Source: Barnesiella sp.
GTDB lineage: Bacteria; Bacteroidota; Bacteroidia; Bacteroidales; Barnesiellaceae_A
Length of the DNA stretch: 64,000 nt
Direction of reading: 5' to 3'
Assembly (NCBI GenBank): GCA_045645425.1
Contig: JAZRIS010000017.1
Location: 1,573-65,572 of the forward strand
The notes under the pieces were generated by a model that worked only from the letters and a program-made list of their open reading frames with translations, did not search any database and was not told where the DNA came from. Positions 40,685 through 51,459 of this stretch are shown piece by piece. The translations under genes and the position numbers were made by a program. Position 1 is the stretch's first letter. Every line of letters starts with the position of its first letter.

Positions 40685-41962
40685 TTAGCGACGCACTTTG
40701 AGTGTTTGAGCCTTACCATCGGCATAAACAGCCTTCACGATATAGATACCGCGACCCATATCATTGATATCAAGCTCTTGAGCATTGGCTGTGCGCACCA
40801 AGCGACCCAATACGTTATATACATAGAGAGTCTTGGCACCGGTAGCAACAACTACATTGTTATTCATAGCGAGCTTGCCCAAGTTGCATACGTGTTTCAC
40901 ACCTGTACTTGTCTTAAACTCGATATAGTAGTAGTTCATGGCATTAACAGGGTTGGTAATGCGCACCTCACCGGCTTGAGGAATATTTACCACATGAGAG
41001 GGGAATACCTTATCAACAGCTTGCTCATCGGCAACGATTACATTGAGCAACTCGTTGCTACCTTGAGTAACAACCACTGTGCGCTCGTTATCCTCTTTGT
41101 TGCTCGAACGGGGGCATATAAGCAATGTACCGGCTTCGGGAGCAGCTACTGAAATATAGTTGTTGGCACCACCCGATTTCATACGGTGAGTATAAGCAAC
41201 AGTTGTAGAATTTACATCAAACTTGGCATTGTTGGTATCTATTACCCAAGGTTTGGTTTCGTTTTCACCGGGAACAACTACCAATGTATAGATACCGCTT
41301 GTATAATCGGCATCAAAAGTATTGGCACCAATCAAGGCAGGATCCAATATATTATCTTCGGTAGGTTGAGGATCGGGAGTAGGATCTTCGGGATTAGGAT
41401 CATCGGGGTTGGGATTGTCGGGAGTGGGATCATCAACACCTTCAGTTGTAAATTGGATGAAATAATAATTCAAGTTACCGGTAGGCATAGTAACCTCTAC
41501 GGTTCCGGCAGTAGGAACAGCCACATTGGTAGTATAGTATGCCTTGGGAGTTTCACCATACACATGATCCATGGTATCGGCCTCTTGTACTATTGCGTTA
41601 TACAATTCCACACCATTTTGTGTAGCAACAAGCGTACGAGTAACATCCGAATTTGAACCTGTACGAGCACCAAAAACGAGAGTACCGGCAGAAGGAGCTG
41701 CTATGCGGATAGAGTTGTTTTTAGATTTCGCCTTGATACGACGAGTGTATTGCACAGTAGTATCGTTGCTAAAACGAGCTGTATTATCATCAACTTCCCA
41801 GGTCTTACCATTGCACACAAAAGTATAGATACCATTGGTAAAGTCTTCTGAGTAAGCTCCCACTTCAACATTCTCGGCTACGAGAGTCCATTCGGCCGGA
41901 TCTTGAGCTTGAAGACACATTGCAAACGCTGCAAAGGCAGCAAAAAGTAGAGTTTTCTTCAT
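40685..41962 (-). CDS. Secreted protein with two tandem beta-rich domains, a Pro/Asp linker and a T9SS-type CTD
   Basis: Signal peptide; two ~145-aa repeats (GIYT..W..D...A.F....Y..R.K...I..AAP.AGTL...R...RT...TQ...NYY.I.F.T); CTD LYVYNVLGRLV...GIYIVK. Confidence 0.75.
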   Translation of the reverse strand: MKKTLLFAAFAAFAMCLQAQDPAEWTLVAENVEVGAYSEDFTNGIYTFVCNGKTWEVDDNTARFSNDTTVQYTRRIKAKSKNNSIRIAAPSAGTLVFGARTGSNSDVTRTLVATQNGVELYNAIVQEADTMDHVYGETPKAYYTTNVAVPTAGTVEVTMPTGNLNYYFIQFTTEGVDDPTPDNPNPDDPNPEDPTPDPQPTEDNILDPALIGANTFDADYTSGIYTLVVVPGENETKPWVIDTNNAKFDVNSTTVAYTHRMKSGGANNYISVAAPEAGTLLICPRSSNKEDNERTVVVTQGSNELLNVIVADEQAVDKVFPSHVVNIPQAGEVRITNPVNAMNYYYIEFKTSTGVKHVCNLGKLAMNNNVVVATGAKTLYVYNVLGRLVRTANAQELDINDMGRGIYIVKAVYADGKAQTLKVRR

Positions 41963-42251
41963 AAATTTTATTTTTTAAGGTTAATAATTATCCGATTGTT
42001 CACGGCACTCTGATTGTAATACTGCAAATATGGCACAAATATAGGTAAAAACGGATGTATTTTTTACACAATAGTGTGTAATTTTTTATCAATTAAAGAT
42101 GTGCAAGGAAAAGTCTATCGAGTAGGAGCTTTATATAAGCAACAATTTGGCGACAATATCACAACAAAAGCCAAAAGTTTTGCCACAGAATTACACTATA
42201 TTAGACACTTTATTATTAAATTTGCACCGCTTAATATGTAATAAATGCTCT

Positions 42252-43271
42252 ATGCTTAACAAAATAGAAGAACTGAAACGAGAGATTGTTGCTCTCACAG
42301 CTACCAATAACGACGAGTTGGAGGCTATTCGCCTCAAATATTTATCAAAAAAAGGCATCATCGCACAGCTTTTCAATGACTTTCGCAATGTACCTGCCGA
42401 GCAAAAACGCGAGGTAGGCCAACGCATCAACGAGTTGAAAGATGCCGCCAACGAGCACTTCTTGGCCTTGCGCGAAGCGATTGAAGAGAAGTCGCAAGAT
42501 GGCGATAAGATAGACCTCACACGCACCGCCTATCCCGTATGGAGTGGCACACGTCATCCGCTCTCGCTCGTGCGCAATGAGATATGCGAGATTTTTGCCC
42601 GCTTGGGTTTCTCTATTGCCGAGGGTCCCGAAATCGAAGATGATTGGCATGTATTCTCATCACTCAACTTTGCCGACGACCACCCCGCACGCGATATGCA
42701 AGATACTTTCTTCATACAACGTTCGCCCGACGTGTTGTTGCGCACACACACCTCATCGGTACAGACTCGCGTAATGGAGCATGCACAACCTCCCATCCGC
42801 ATTATATGCCCGGGTCGTGTATATCGCAACGAGGCCATTTCGGCTCGTGCTCACTGTTTCTTCCACCAAGTAGAGGCGCTCTATGTCGATAAGAATGTAT
42901 CATTTGCCGACCTCAAACAAGCCCTCTTATTCTTTGCCAAAGAGATGTTTGGTGGCGAGACAAAGATACGCTTGCGCCCCTCATACTTCCCCTTCACCGA
43001 GCCCAGCGCCGAGATGGACATATCGTGCAATCTCTGCGGTGGCAAGGGTTGCAGCTTCTGCAAGCACACCGGTTGGGTAGAGATATTGGGCTGCGGTATG
43101 GTAGATCCCAACGTTCTTGAGGCTTGTGGCATCGACAGCAAGGTATATAGCGGATATGCCTTGGGTATGGGTATTGAGCGTATTACCAACCTCAAGTATC
43201 AGGTAAAAGACCTACGTCTCTTCTCGGAAAACGATGTTCGTTTCTTGGAGGAATTCGAGTCGGCTAAATAA
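42252..43271 (+). CDS. pheS: Phenylalanine--tRNA ligase alpha subunit
   Basis: HPARDMQDTF, LRTHTS.VQ, PGRVYR, FHQVE, RPSYFPFTEPS, GMGIER; start MLNKIEE. Confidence 0.97.
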   Translation: MLNKIEELKREIVALTATNNDELEAIRLKYLSKKGIIAQLFNDFRNVPAEQKREVGQRINELKDAANEHFLALREAIEEKSQDGDKIDLTRTAYPVWSGTRHPLSLVRNEICEIFARLGFSIAEGPEIEDDWHVFSSLNFADDHPARDMQDTFFIQRSPDVLLRTHTSSVQTRVMEHAQPPIRIICPGRVYRNEAISARAHCFFHQVEALYVDKNVSFADLKQALLFFAKEMFGGETKIRLRPSYFPFTEPSAEMDISCNLCGGKGCSFCKHTGWVEILGCGMVDPNVLEACGIDSKVYSGYALGMGIERITNLKYQVKDLRLFSENDVRFLEEFESAK

Positions 43272-43297
43272 AAAAATTGTTTCCCAACAACGATAAA

Positions 43298-43332
43298 CAA
43301 AGACCTTAAAGCCGATGGTTTTAGGGTCTTTG
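43298..43332 (+). terminator. Hairpin/terminator after pheS
   Basis: CAAAGACC...GGTCTTTG inverted repeat. Confidence 0.6.
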
Positions 43333-43360
43333 GTATAAATAACAACACCGCAACTTGCTC

Positions 43361-44005
43361 ATGACAACCGCACAACGTTATCGCTATATTATCGACTGGT
43401 TTACCCGCAACATGCCGGTGGCCGAGACCGAGCTACACTACACAACACCATACGAGTTGTTGGTTGCGGTAATCCTATCGGCACAATGCACCGACAAGCG
43501 AGTCAATATCGTCACTCCGGCACTATTTGCAGCCTATCCCACGGTACAAGATATGGCCTCGGCAAGCAGCGAGCAGATATACGAGTACATCAAAAGCATA
43601 TCATATCCCAACAACAAAGCCCGGCATCTGGCCGGCATGGCTCGTATGATAGTTGAGGAGTTTGGCGGCGAAGTTCCATCGGACATCGACGACTTACAAC
43701 GTCTGCCCGGTGTGGGTCGCAAAACAGCCAATGTCATGGCATCGGTAGTATGGGGCAAGGCTGCAATGGCCGTAGATACGCATGTGTTTCGTGTAGCCAA
43801 CCGCATAGGGCTCACCAACAATGCCAAGACTCCGCTCGCCACCGAGCGCACCCTCGTCAAGCACATACCGCAAGAACTCATACCCAAAGCACACCATTGG
43901 CTCATCCTGCACGGACGATATGTGTGCATGGCTCGTCGCCCCCTATGCCTCGAATGTGGCTTGCGCGAGGCTTGCAAATACTACAATACACAAGCCAAAG
44001 AATAA
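43361..44005 (+). CDS. nth: Endonuclease III
   Basis: LSAQCTDKRVN, HhH LPGVGRKTA, VDTHV, Fe-S motif C-x6-C-x2-C-x5-C. Confidence 0.95.
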   Translation: MTTAQRYRYIIDWFTRNMPVAETELHYTTPYELLVAVILSAQCTDKRVNIVTPALFAAYPTVQDMASASSEQIYEYIKSISYPNNKARHLAGMARMIVEEFGGEVPSDIDDLQRLPGVGRKTANVMASVVWGKAAMAVDTHVFRVANRIGLTNNAKTPLATERTLVKHIPQELIPKAHHWLILHGRYVCMARRPLCLECGLREACKYYNTQAKE

Positions 44006-44059
44006 GCCAACACTCGCCTTTGCCACTCACAACACGATATGTGTAATATCTCCAACAAT

Positions 44060-44968
44060 ATGAAGCATACAACAACAGCCCCCATACTACTCTTTGTATA
44101 TAATCGCCCCGAGCACACTCGACAAACAATAGAGGCCTTGAAGAACAACACATTGGCTTCGGTGAGCACACTATATGTATATGCCGATGCCGCCCGCAAA
44201 GAGAGCGACAGGGAGGCGGTGTGCAAGGTGCGAGAAATCATACACAACATCAATGGGTTTAAGGAGGTACACATCATCGAGCGCGATACAAACCGAGGAT
44301 TGGCACACAATATCATCGACGGAGTAACCACACAGGTAAACAAGCACGGCGAAGTCATCGTACTTGAAGACGACCTTGTAACCTCGCCCTACTTCTTGCA
44401 ATTTATGAATGATGCTCTTGCAACCTATCGCAACGAGCCTCGTGTGGGGCACATATATGCCTGCGAGTACACGCACAACAGCAAGCTACCCGACACTTAC
44501 CTCATACGATTTACCGGCAGTTGGGGATGGGCTACATGGGACAGAGCATGGAAACACTTCAACCCCGACGGAGAATACCTGCTCAACGAACTGCAAAAAC
44601 GAAAACTCACTCGCACTTTCGACTTCAACAACACCTACCACTACACCCGCATGTTACATGAGCAAGTAGTGGGTAAAAACAACTCTTGGGCCATCCGCTG
44701 GAACGCATCGCTATTCCTCAACGACATCCTTGCCCTCAATGCCGGCAAGTCGCTTGTTCGCAACATCGGACTTGACGGTAGTGGCACACATTGTGGCAAC
44801 GAAAAGCTATACGACTCGACATTACACATGCAACCACTGCCCGTTGTCAAGTGGTCGCCCATAGAAGAGAGCAAGATAGGCCGACAATCGCTCGAACAAT
44901 ACTATCGCCGCACCAACTCACTGTTTGCCAAGGCTCTACGACGCATAAAAAGCATCATAAGACTGTAA
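44060..44968 (+). CDS. Glycosyltransferase family 2
   Basis: PILLFVYNRP.H, N.GLA.NII.GV, IVLEDD, SWGWATW, NIG.DGSG. Confidence 0.88.
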   Translation: MKHTTTAPILLFVYNRPEHTRQTIEALKNNTLASVSTLYVYADAARKESDREAVCKVREIIHNINGFKEVHIIERDTNRGLAHNIIDGVTTQVNKHGEVIVLEDDLVTSPYFLQFMNDALATYRNEPRVGHIYACEYTHNSKLPDTYLIRFTGSWGWATWDRAWKHFNPDGEYLLNELQKRKLTRTFDFNNTYHYTRMLHEQVVGKNNSWAIRWNASLFLNDILALNAGKSLVRNIGLDGSGTHCGNEKLYDSTLHMQPLPVVKWSPIEESKIGRQSLEQYYRRTNSLFAKALRRIKSIIRL

Positions 44969-45004
44969 ATTAAACCTTGGCCTCATGAGCTTGTCTAATA
45001 AGAG

Positions 45005-45409
45005 ATGAAAAAGCATATTATATCACTCTTTGGCAGAGGACGCTGGATAAAGATAGCCGCTCTCTATATAACCAATCGACAACGATTGAGCGAACTCATT
45101 GTGCTGGTATCCAAATATGTTCAACGACATGGGCTGCAAAAACTTTACAGCCACATCACCCTGTTGGGGCAATACGTCGGTGATGTAGCCACTCGCCGCT
45201 ACACACACTACAATACCCGCGCCTTGCTCCTTGTCGTGGCTGCTCTCATCTACCTCATTACACCCATAGACCTTCTACCCGACCTATTGGCAGGAGGACT
45301 CATAGACGACATCAGTGTCATACTTTACATCATCAAATCGGTAGAAAAAGAATTGCGAACATACCGGGCATACCTCGACAACCAATGTGACGCAAAGTGT
45401 GAATTGTAA
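45005..45409 (+). CDS. YkvA/DUF1232 family protein
   Basis: ALIYLITPIDLLPD...GLIDD. Confidence 0.85.
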   Translation: MKKHIISLFGRGRWIKIAALYITNRQRLSELIVLVSKYVQRHGLQKLYSHITLLGQYVGDVATRRYTHYNTRALLLVVAALIYLITPIDLLPDLLAGGLIDDISVILYIIKSVEKELRTYRAYLDNQCDAKCEL

Positions 45410-45522
45410 AGAAAACGCCTCTCAAAGAGCCTCTTTTTTATTCTCGCACGCTATTTCTGCAACACAAATGTATGTATTCACAATTTTTTTATTAAATTTG
45501 TAGGCTAATCAATCCCTACAAG

Positions 45523-46632
45523 ATGAGTCAAAATTCATTACTAAATAAGCTCAAAGACCTGCAGTTGCGATTTGAGGAGGTGGGAACACTCATCACCGAC
45601 CCTGCTGTTATTTCCGACCAGAAACGCTATGTAAAACTCACCAAAGAATATAGCGACCTCGAAAAAATCAACAAGGCAACCATCCGCTACGAAGGGTTGC
45701 TCAACTCCATAGCCGAAGCTCGCGAGATATTGGACACAGAGAACGACCCGGAAATGCGAGAGATGGCCAAGGAAGAACTTGATACCTGTCAGGCTCAAAT
45801 TCCCGACATGGAAGAGGAGATAAAACTACTTCTTGTGCCCGCCGACCCCGAAGATGGTAAGAATGCCATTGTAGAGATACGCGGAGGAACAGGAGGTGAT
45901 GAGGCAGCAATATTTGCCGGTGACCTCTTCCGCATGTACTCAAAATATTGCGAAACAAAAGGTTGGAGCCTTAGCGTTTCGAGCTTCAATGAAGGCACTT
46001 CGGGTGGATATAAGGAGATAATTTTTGCCGTGAGTGGCGATAATGTATATGGCACCATGAAGTATGAGAGTGGTGTACACCGCGTGCAACGTGTTCCGGC
46101 CACCGAGACACAAGGTCGTGTACACACATCGGCTGCTACGGTTGCCGTGTTGCCCGAAGCCGAAGAATTTGACGTAGAGATAAACGAGGGCGAAATCAAG
46201 TGGGACACTTTCCGTTCGGGTGGTGCCGGCGGACAGAATGTCAATAAGGTAGAGTCGGGTGTGCGTTTGCGTTATGTATGGCGCAACCCCAATACCGGCA
46301 TATCGGAAGAGATATTGATAGAGTGTACCGAAACACGCGACCAACCCAAGAACAAAGAACGCGCCCTATCGCGTTTGCGCACATTTATTTACGACAAAGA
46401 ACACCAAAAGTATATCGACGATATTGCTGCTCGTCGCAAGACTATGGTTTCTACCGGCGACCGCAGTGCCAAGATACGCACCTACAACTATCCACAAGGT
46501 CGCATTACCGACCACCGCATCGGATATACCATATACAACCTACCCGCCTTTATGGATGGTGAGATACAAGATTGTATAGACCACCTCATCGTGGCCGAAA
46601 ATGCCGAGCGACTCAAAGAGAGTGAATTATAA
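45523..46632 (+). CDS. prfA: Peptide chain release factor 1
   Basis: GTGGDEA, ESGVHRVQRVPATE (PxT), GGQNVNK, RTYNYPQGR. Confidence 0.97.
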   Translation: MSQNSLLNKLKDLQLRFEEVGTLITDPAVISDQKRYVKLTKEYSDLEKINKATIRYEGLLNSIAEAREILDTENDPEMREMAKEELDTCQAQIPDMEEEIKLLLVPADPEDGKNAIVEIRGGTGGDEAAIFAGDLFRMYSKYCETKGWSLSVSSFNEGTSGGYKEIIFAVSGDNVYGTMKYESGVHRVQRVPATETQGRVHTSAATVAVLPEAEEFDVEINEGEIKWDTFRSGGAGGQNVNKVESGVRLRYVWRNPNTGISEEILIECTETRDQPKNKERALSRLRTFIYDKEHQKYIDDIAARRKTMVSTGDRSAKIRTYNYPQGRITDHRIGYTIYNLPAFMDGEIQDCIDHLIVAENAERLKESEL

Positions 46633-46664
46633 TAAACACAACACATAACTATCATTGACAAACT

Positions 46665-47495
46665 ATGAATTGCCAAGAACTTTTTGACAATATTCGTCGC
46701 AAGAAATCATTCCTTTGCGTAGGTCTTGATACCGACATTCGCAAAATTCCTGCACATCTGCAAGAGAGAGAAGATGCTATTTTTGCCTTCAATAAGGCTA
46801 TCATTGATGCTACAGCCGACCTTTGCGTGGCATACAAGCCCAACTTGGCTTTCTATGAAAGTTTGGGTCTTGCCGGATGGCAAGCCTTTGAAGACACCGT
46901 ACGCTACATACGCAACAACTATCCCGACATGCTCATCATTGCCGATGCCAAACGTGGCGATATAGGCAACACCAGCGAGATGTATGCTCGCAGCTTCTTT
47001 GAGCACCTCGATATACACGCCGTTACCGTAGCTCCATACATGGGCGAAGATAGCGTAAAACCCTTCCTCAACTACGAGAACCGCTGGGTTATCGTATTGG
47101 GATTGACATCTAACAAAGGCTCGCACGACTTCCAACTCACAGCCGATGCCAATGGCGAGCGACTCTTTGAAAAAGTATTGCGTGTGGCACAAACTTGGGG
47201 CACTACCGACAACATGATGTTTGTTGTAGGTGCCACTCAAGGCTCTTTGTTTGAGGACATACGTCGTGTAGCACCCAACCACTTCCTCCTCGTACCCGGT
47301 GTGGGCGCCCAAGGTGGCAGCCTCAGCGAGGTAGCCAAGTATGGCCTCAACAACCACTGCGGACTCATCGTAAACTCATCGCGACAAATTATCTATGCCG
47401 ATGGCAGCGAAAATTTTGCCGAAGCTGCACGAGCACAAGCCTTGGTCGTTCAACAAGAAATGGAACAAATATTGAAAGAAAGAGAACTTATTTAA
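46665..47495 (+). CDS. pyrF: Orotidine-5'-phosphate decarboxylase
   Basis: [42 protein letters not shown]. Confidence 0.95.
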   Translation: MNCQELFDNIRRKKSFLCVGLDTDIRKIPAHLQEREDAIFAFNKAIIDATADLCVAYKPNLAFYESLGLAGWQAFEDTVRYIRNNYPDMLIIADAKRGDIGNTSEMYARSFFEHLDIHAVTVAPYMGEDSVKPFLNYENRWVIVLGLTSNKGSHDFQLTADANGERLFEKVLRVAQTWGTTDNMMFVVGATQGSLFEDIRRVAPNHFLLVPGVGAQGGSLSEVAKYGLNNHCGLIVNSSRQIIYADGSENFAEAARAQALVVQQEMEQILKERELI

Positions 47496-47517
47496 TAACC
47501 CTATAAAATCAAAAACA

Positions 47518-48093
47518 ATGAAAACTGTAAAAGGAACACAAACAGAGAAAAATCTCCTCACTTCATTTGCAGGAGAAAGCCAAGCTCGTATGCGCTACAA
47601 CTACTTTGCAAGTGCCGCCAAGAAAGAGGGTTACGAGCAAATAGCAGCTATCTTTGAAGAGACTGCCAACCAAGAAAAAGAACACGCCAAACGTATGTTT
47701 AAATATCTCGAAGGTGGAATGGTAGAAATCACTGCCTCATATCCCGCAGGTGTGATAGGTACAACTGCCGACAACCTCCGTGCTGCTGCAGCAGGCGAGA
47801 ACGAAGAGTGGACCAAAGACTATCCCCACTTTGCCGATGTAGCCGCCGAAGAAGGTTTCCCCGAAATTGCCGCTATGTATCGCAACATCGCCATCGCCGA
47901 GAAGGGTCACGAGGAGCGTTACCTCGCATTCTTGGCCAATATCGAGAATGGCACCGTGTTTGAGAAAGCCGAGAACACCGTATGGCAATGCCGCAACTGT
48001 GGTTTCATTATGGAAGGAACAAAAGCTCCCAAAGTATGTCCCGCTTGCTTGCACCCCCAAGCTCACTTTGAGGTAATGAAAACCAACGTGTAA
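47518..48093 (+). CDS. rbr: Rubrerythrin
   Basis: FAGESQA, EKEHA, GE..E, E..HE, C-terminal CRNC...CPAC. Confidence 0.95.
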   Translation: MKTVKGTQTEKNLLTSFAGESQARMRYNYFASAAKKEGYEQIAAIFEETANQEKEHAKRMFKYLEGGMVEITASYPAGVIGTTADNLRAAAAGENEEWTKDYPHFADVAAEEGFPEIAAMYRNIAIAEKGHEERYLAFLANIENGTVFEKAENTVWQCRNCGFIMEGTKAPKVCPACLHPQAHFEVMKTNV

Positions 48094-48135
48094 TCTTATT
48101 TGTTCTTCATTATAAATACAAATCAAAATATCACT

Positions 48136-49386
48136 ATGCAAACAATAGATAAATTTAATTTTGCCGGTAAAAAAGCCATTGTTCGTGTTGATTTCAATGT
48201 ACCCCTCGACGAAAACGGACACATCACCGATGATACCCGTATTCGCGGAGCTCTCCCCACATTGAAAAAAATTCTTGCCGATGGTGGCAGCCTCATCATC
48301 ATGTCGCACATGGGTAAACCCAAGAAAAACCCCGACATGAAATACTCTTTGGGACAAATCGTCGATGCAGTATCAGAGAAATTGGGTGTTAAGGTACAAT
48401 TTGCTCCCGACTGCATGAAGGCCGACGAAGCTGCTGCTGCCCTCAAACCCGGTGAAGTTCTCATGCTCGAAAACCTTCGCTTCTATCCCGAAGAAGAAGG
48501 CAAACCCCGTGGAGAATTTGCTACTGAAGAGGAGAAGAAAGCTGCCAAGGCAGCCATGAAAGAGCCTCAAAAAGAGTTTGCCAAACATCTTGCCTCTTAT
48601 GCCGACTGCTATGTAAACGACGCATTTGGTACAGCACACCGCAAGCATGCCTCTACCGCTATCATTGCCGACTACTTTGATGCCGACCACAAGATGCTCG
48701 GCTACCTCATGGAGAAAGAAGTAGAGGCTGTTGATAACGTATTGAGCAACATCAAACGTCCTTTCACCGCTATCATGGGTGGCTCTAAAGTATCTACCAA
48801 AATAGGTATTATCGAGAACTTGATGGACAAGGTTGATAACCTCATCCTCTGTGGTGGTATGACTTACACATTTGCCAAAGCTCAAGGTGGCAACATAGGC
48901 AAATCTATATGCGAGGATGACAAGCTCGACCTTGCTCTCGACATCATGGCACAAGCCAAAGCCAAGGGCGTAAACCTCGTACTTGGTGTAGATTGTGTTG
49001 CCGGCGACGACTTCTCAAACGAAGCCAATACACAAGTAGTGCCCGTAAACGACATTCCCGAAGGCTGGGAAGGCATGGATGCCGGCCCCAAAACTCGCGA
49101 ATTGTTTGCCAATGCCATTCGCGGCTCAAAGACTATCCTTTGGAATGGTCCTGCCGGCGTATTTGAGTTTGACACCTTCTCGGGTGGCTCTCGCGCAGTA
49201 GCCGAAGCTATTGCCGAAGCAACCAAAGAGGGCGCATTCTCACTCATTGGCGGTGGCGACTCGGTAGCTTGCATCAACAAATTTGGCATGGCCGACCAAG
49301 TATCATACATCTCGACAGGTGGTGGTGCATTGCTCGAAGCCATCGAAGGCAAGGTACTCCCCGGTATCGCAGCCATCAAAGGTTGA
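48136..49386 (+). CDS. pgk: Phosphoglycerate kinase
   Basis: [46 protein letters not shown]. Confidence 0.97.
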   Translation: MQTIDKFNFAGKKAIVRVDFNVPLDENGHITDDTRIRGALPTLKKILADGGSLIIMSHMGKPKKNPDMKYSLGQIVDAVSEKLGVKVQFAPDCMKADEAAAALKPGEVLMLENLRFYPEEEGKPRGEFATEEEKKAAKAAMKEPQKEFAKHLASYADCYVNDAFGTAHRKHASTAIIADYFDADHKMLGYLMEKEVEAVDNVLSNIKRPFTAIMGGSKVSTKIGIIENLMDKVDNLILCGGMTYTFAKAQGGNIGKSICEDDKLDLALDIMAQAKAKGVNLVLGVDCVAGDDFSNEANTQVVPVNDIPEGWEGMDAGPKTRELFANAIRGSKTILWNGPAGVFEFDTFSGGSRAVAEAIAEATKEGAFSLIGGGDSVACINKFGMADQVSYISTGGGALLEAIEGKVLPGIAAIKG

Positions 49387-49405
49387 TAACAACACCTTAT
49401 AACCA

Positions 49406-49440
49406 AACAAGAGCCTTTCCACATCGGGGAGGCTCTTGTT
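49406..49440. terminator. Terminator between convergent pgk and the GtrA fusion gene
   Basis: AACAAGAGCC...GGCTCTTGTT. Confidence 0.75.
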
Positions 49441-49472
49441 GTATAATGAGGTAAGGAATTGCGGTATTATTA

Positions 49473-50720
49473 CTATTTGCTCACAAGCGACGAGCGACGA
49501 GTAAAGCTGTCGGGAACAGGCATATCATAGATAGCCGACCATAGAGCATCATGAAAGTCGGAAGGTCGCACATAACTGCCTTGCTCCTCTACACCGATAA
49601 CTTGGCCTATCACAACACGATGCTCACCCTTGTTTTTGTTGAATAACTCGGAGGGCAAACGCAACAAGCGCAACGAAAGACCCAAATTGCCCAGCCAATA
49701 GTAAAATCGGGAATTGCGGTCGAGAAAACGTATGGGCACAATAGGCAAATGAGCCTCCTGAATAAAACGAATATCGCCCAAATTCCACGGCCTATCTATC
49801 ACTCGTCGCGGGCGCGCATGGTAGTCCGACCCTACTCCCGATGGGAATATGCCTATGGGAGCTCCCGCGCCAATGTGAGCGAGTGCATCGCCATAATGCT
49901 CTCGACCACTGCTCGAACTTGTATATACAAAACTATCGCTCAAGGGCTTGATGCGAGAAAACATTTCGTTGGCCAAGATTTTGAAGTTATCGTGCTTGCC
50001 ACCCAGCATATCCATGAGTATAATGGCATCAAGCGCTCCGTACGGCTGGTTACTCACTACAATAAAAGCACCTTGGGGCAAGTGCGACAACCGTTCGGGA
50101 TGGCCTATAAGGTAGTCGCAATCCATATAATGCAACAGTTTTCCGGCACACTCGGCACCTTTCTCAAAATATACTTGATCGTAGAGCACATTGAGCTTCG
50201 ACACGTCGCACACAGCTATAACCCCCTTGGCCAATAATCTACCCCATCGGCCACTGAAAATAGGCGACATATCGGCCAACTCACGCTCGTTGAGCAACTC
50301 ATGCTCGGGCTGTACCTTGCGCTTGCGAAATACAATCAACTTCTCTACAAAGAAATTGAGAACACCCGAAATACACAAGGCCACAAGGTTGCATATAATG
50401 ACATCCCAGCCATAGATATGCTCAAAAAGAAGCAAGAAAAGCATCTTGATGGCAAATCCCGACAAGGCGGCAATATTGAATACTACAAAGTGTTTGAGAA
50501 AACTTTTGACACCCTTGTTCTCTACCCTGTTATTCCAGATAAAGAAATAGGAACAAAGGAAGTTGCTAATAACAGCAAACTCAAAAGAAATAATAGGAGA
50601 TAAGACATTGCGACCGAAATAGTTGCCACTGAAGATAAAGTCGGAACACAACCATAGCACGAGTGTATCGACACCCGTGCCAAGATAACGACTAAGAATG
50701 TATAATATATATACGCGCAA
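49473..50720 (-). CDS. Fusion of a GtrA-like 4-TM domain to a lysophospholipid-acyltransferase-like domain
   Basis: N-terminal GT.VD..VL, A.ISNF, NF...K..VF. C-terminal P.GAFIVVSNQPYGALD, KILAN, IFPSG, LPIVPIRF...NS..YY, L..LPSELF. Confidence 0.7.
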   Translation of the reverse strand: MRVYILYILSRYLGTGVDTLVLWLCSDFIFSGNYFGRNVLSPIISFEFAVISNFLCSYFFIWNNRVENKGVKSFLKHFVVFNIAALSGFAIKMLFLLLFEHIYGWDVIICNLVALCISGVLNFFVEKLIVFRKRKVQPEHELLNERELADMSPIFSGRWGRLLAKGVIAVCDVSKLNVLYDQVYFEKGAECAGKLLHYMDCDYLIGHPERLSHLPQGAFIVVSNQPYGALDAIILMDMLGGKHDNFKILANEMFSRIKPLSDSFVYTSSSSGREHYGDALAHIGAGAPIGIFPSGVGSDYHARPRRVIDRPWNLGDIRFIQEAHLPIVPIRFLDRNSRFYYWLGNLGLSLRLLRLPSELFNKNKGEHRVVIGQVIGVEEQGSYVRPSDFHDALWSAIYDMPVPDSFTRRSSLVSK

Positions 50721-50735
50721 TGCTTATGTGATTAT

Positions 50736-51440
50736 TTATTTCTTCTCATCGGGATTATAGGGCTTCAAGGGGTCCAACTCCGACAACACCTTACGGTCTT
50801 TGCCAAATTGTGCCAGCCACATGATTGTCATAAGTACAACTAAGACAATACCCAATATATCAAAGAAATGGAGAGTCTGATTGCCTATTGTCCACGATGA
50901 AGTCCTCAACGGCTCGATGTACATATACAACGTATTCATCAAGATAACAATGAGGCGCAACTCGGTGGGGCCAAAACCGGCATAAGTGAGAAGAAATTGT
51001 CCTTTGATGATTGTTCCTATATAGGTATATACCGACAATCCCAAATAGGCAGCCAACACCATGAGTGCTACATCCAAGCGAAAAACAGGCGAAAGACCGG
51101 CACCCACACACATGAGGCATATAGTAACAACATCGAGCGAGTGATCAATAAAGAAGCCATACTTGGGACGTTGAGTATTGCGCACGCGCGCCAATGTTCC
51201 ATCAAGGCTGTCGCCATACCAGTTGATAAACAAACCAAAAGAGGAAAGCCACAAGTAATTGACATTGACACATCCGAGTGCAAAGCCTATGGCACACACC
51301 AATGCACCTACAACACCTATATAGGTGAGCATATCTGACGTTACCCAACGGGGCTGACGCTCGGCCAACCACACCAATGCTACTTTTTCTGCTCTATTAA
51401 GAAATGAGGTCTGTATTCTTTCTGATTTTTCGTTTCCCAT
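50736..51440 (-). CDS. CDP-alcohol phosphatidyltransferase family protein
   Basis: Signature GDSLDGTLARVR...YGFFIDHSLD; GPTE.R. Confidence 0.9.
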   Translation of the reverse strand: MGNEKSERIQTSFLNRAEKVALVWLAERQPRWVTSDMLTYIGVVGALVCAIGFALGCVNVNYLWLSSFGLFINWYGDSLDGTLARVRNTQRPKYGFFIDHSLDVVTICLMCVGAGLSPVFRLDVALMVLAAYLGLSVYTYIGTIIKGQFLLTYAGFGPTELRLIVILMNTLYMYIEPLRTSSWTIGNQTLHFFDILGIVLVVLMTIMWLAQFGKDRKVLSELDPLKPYNPDEKK

Positions 51441-51459
51441 AATACCTGATTAAAAAAAT

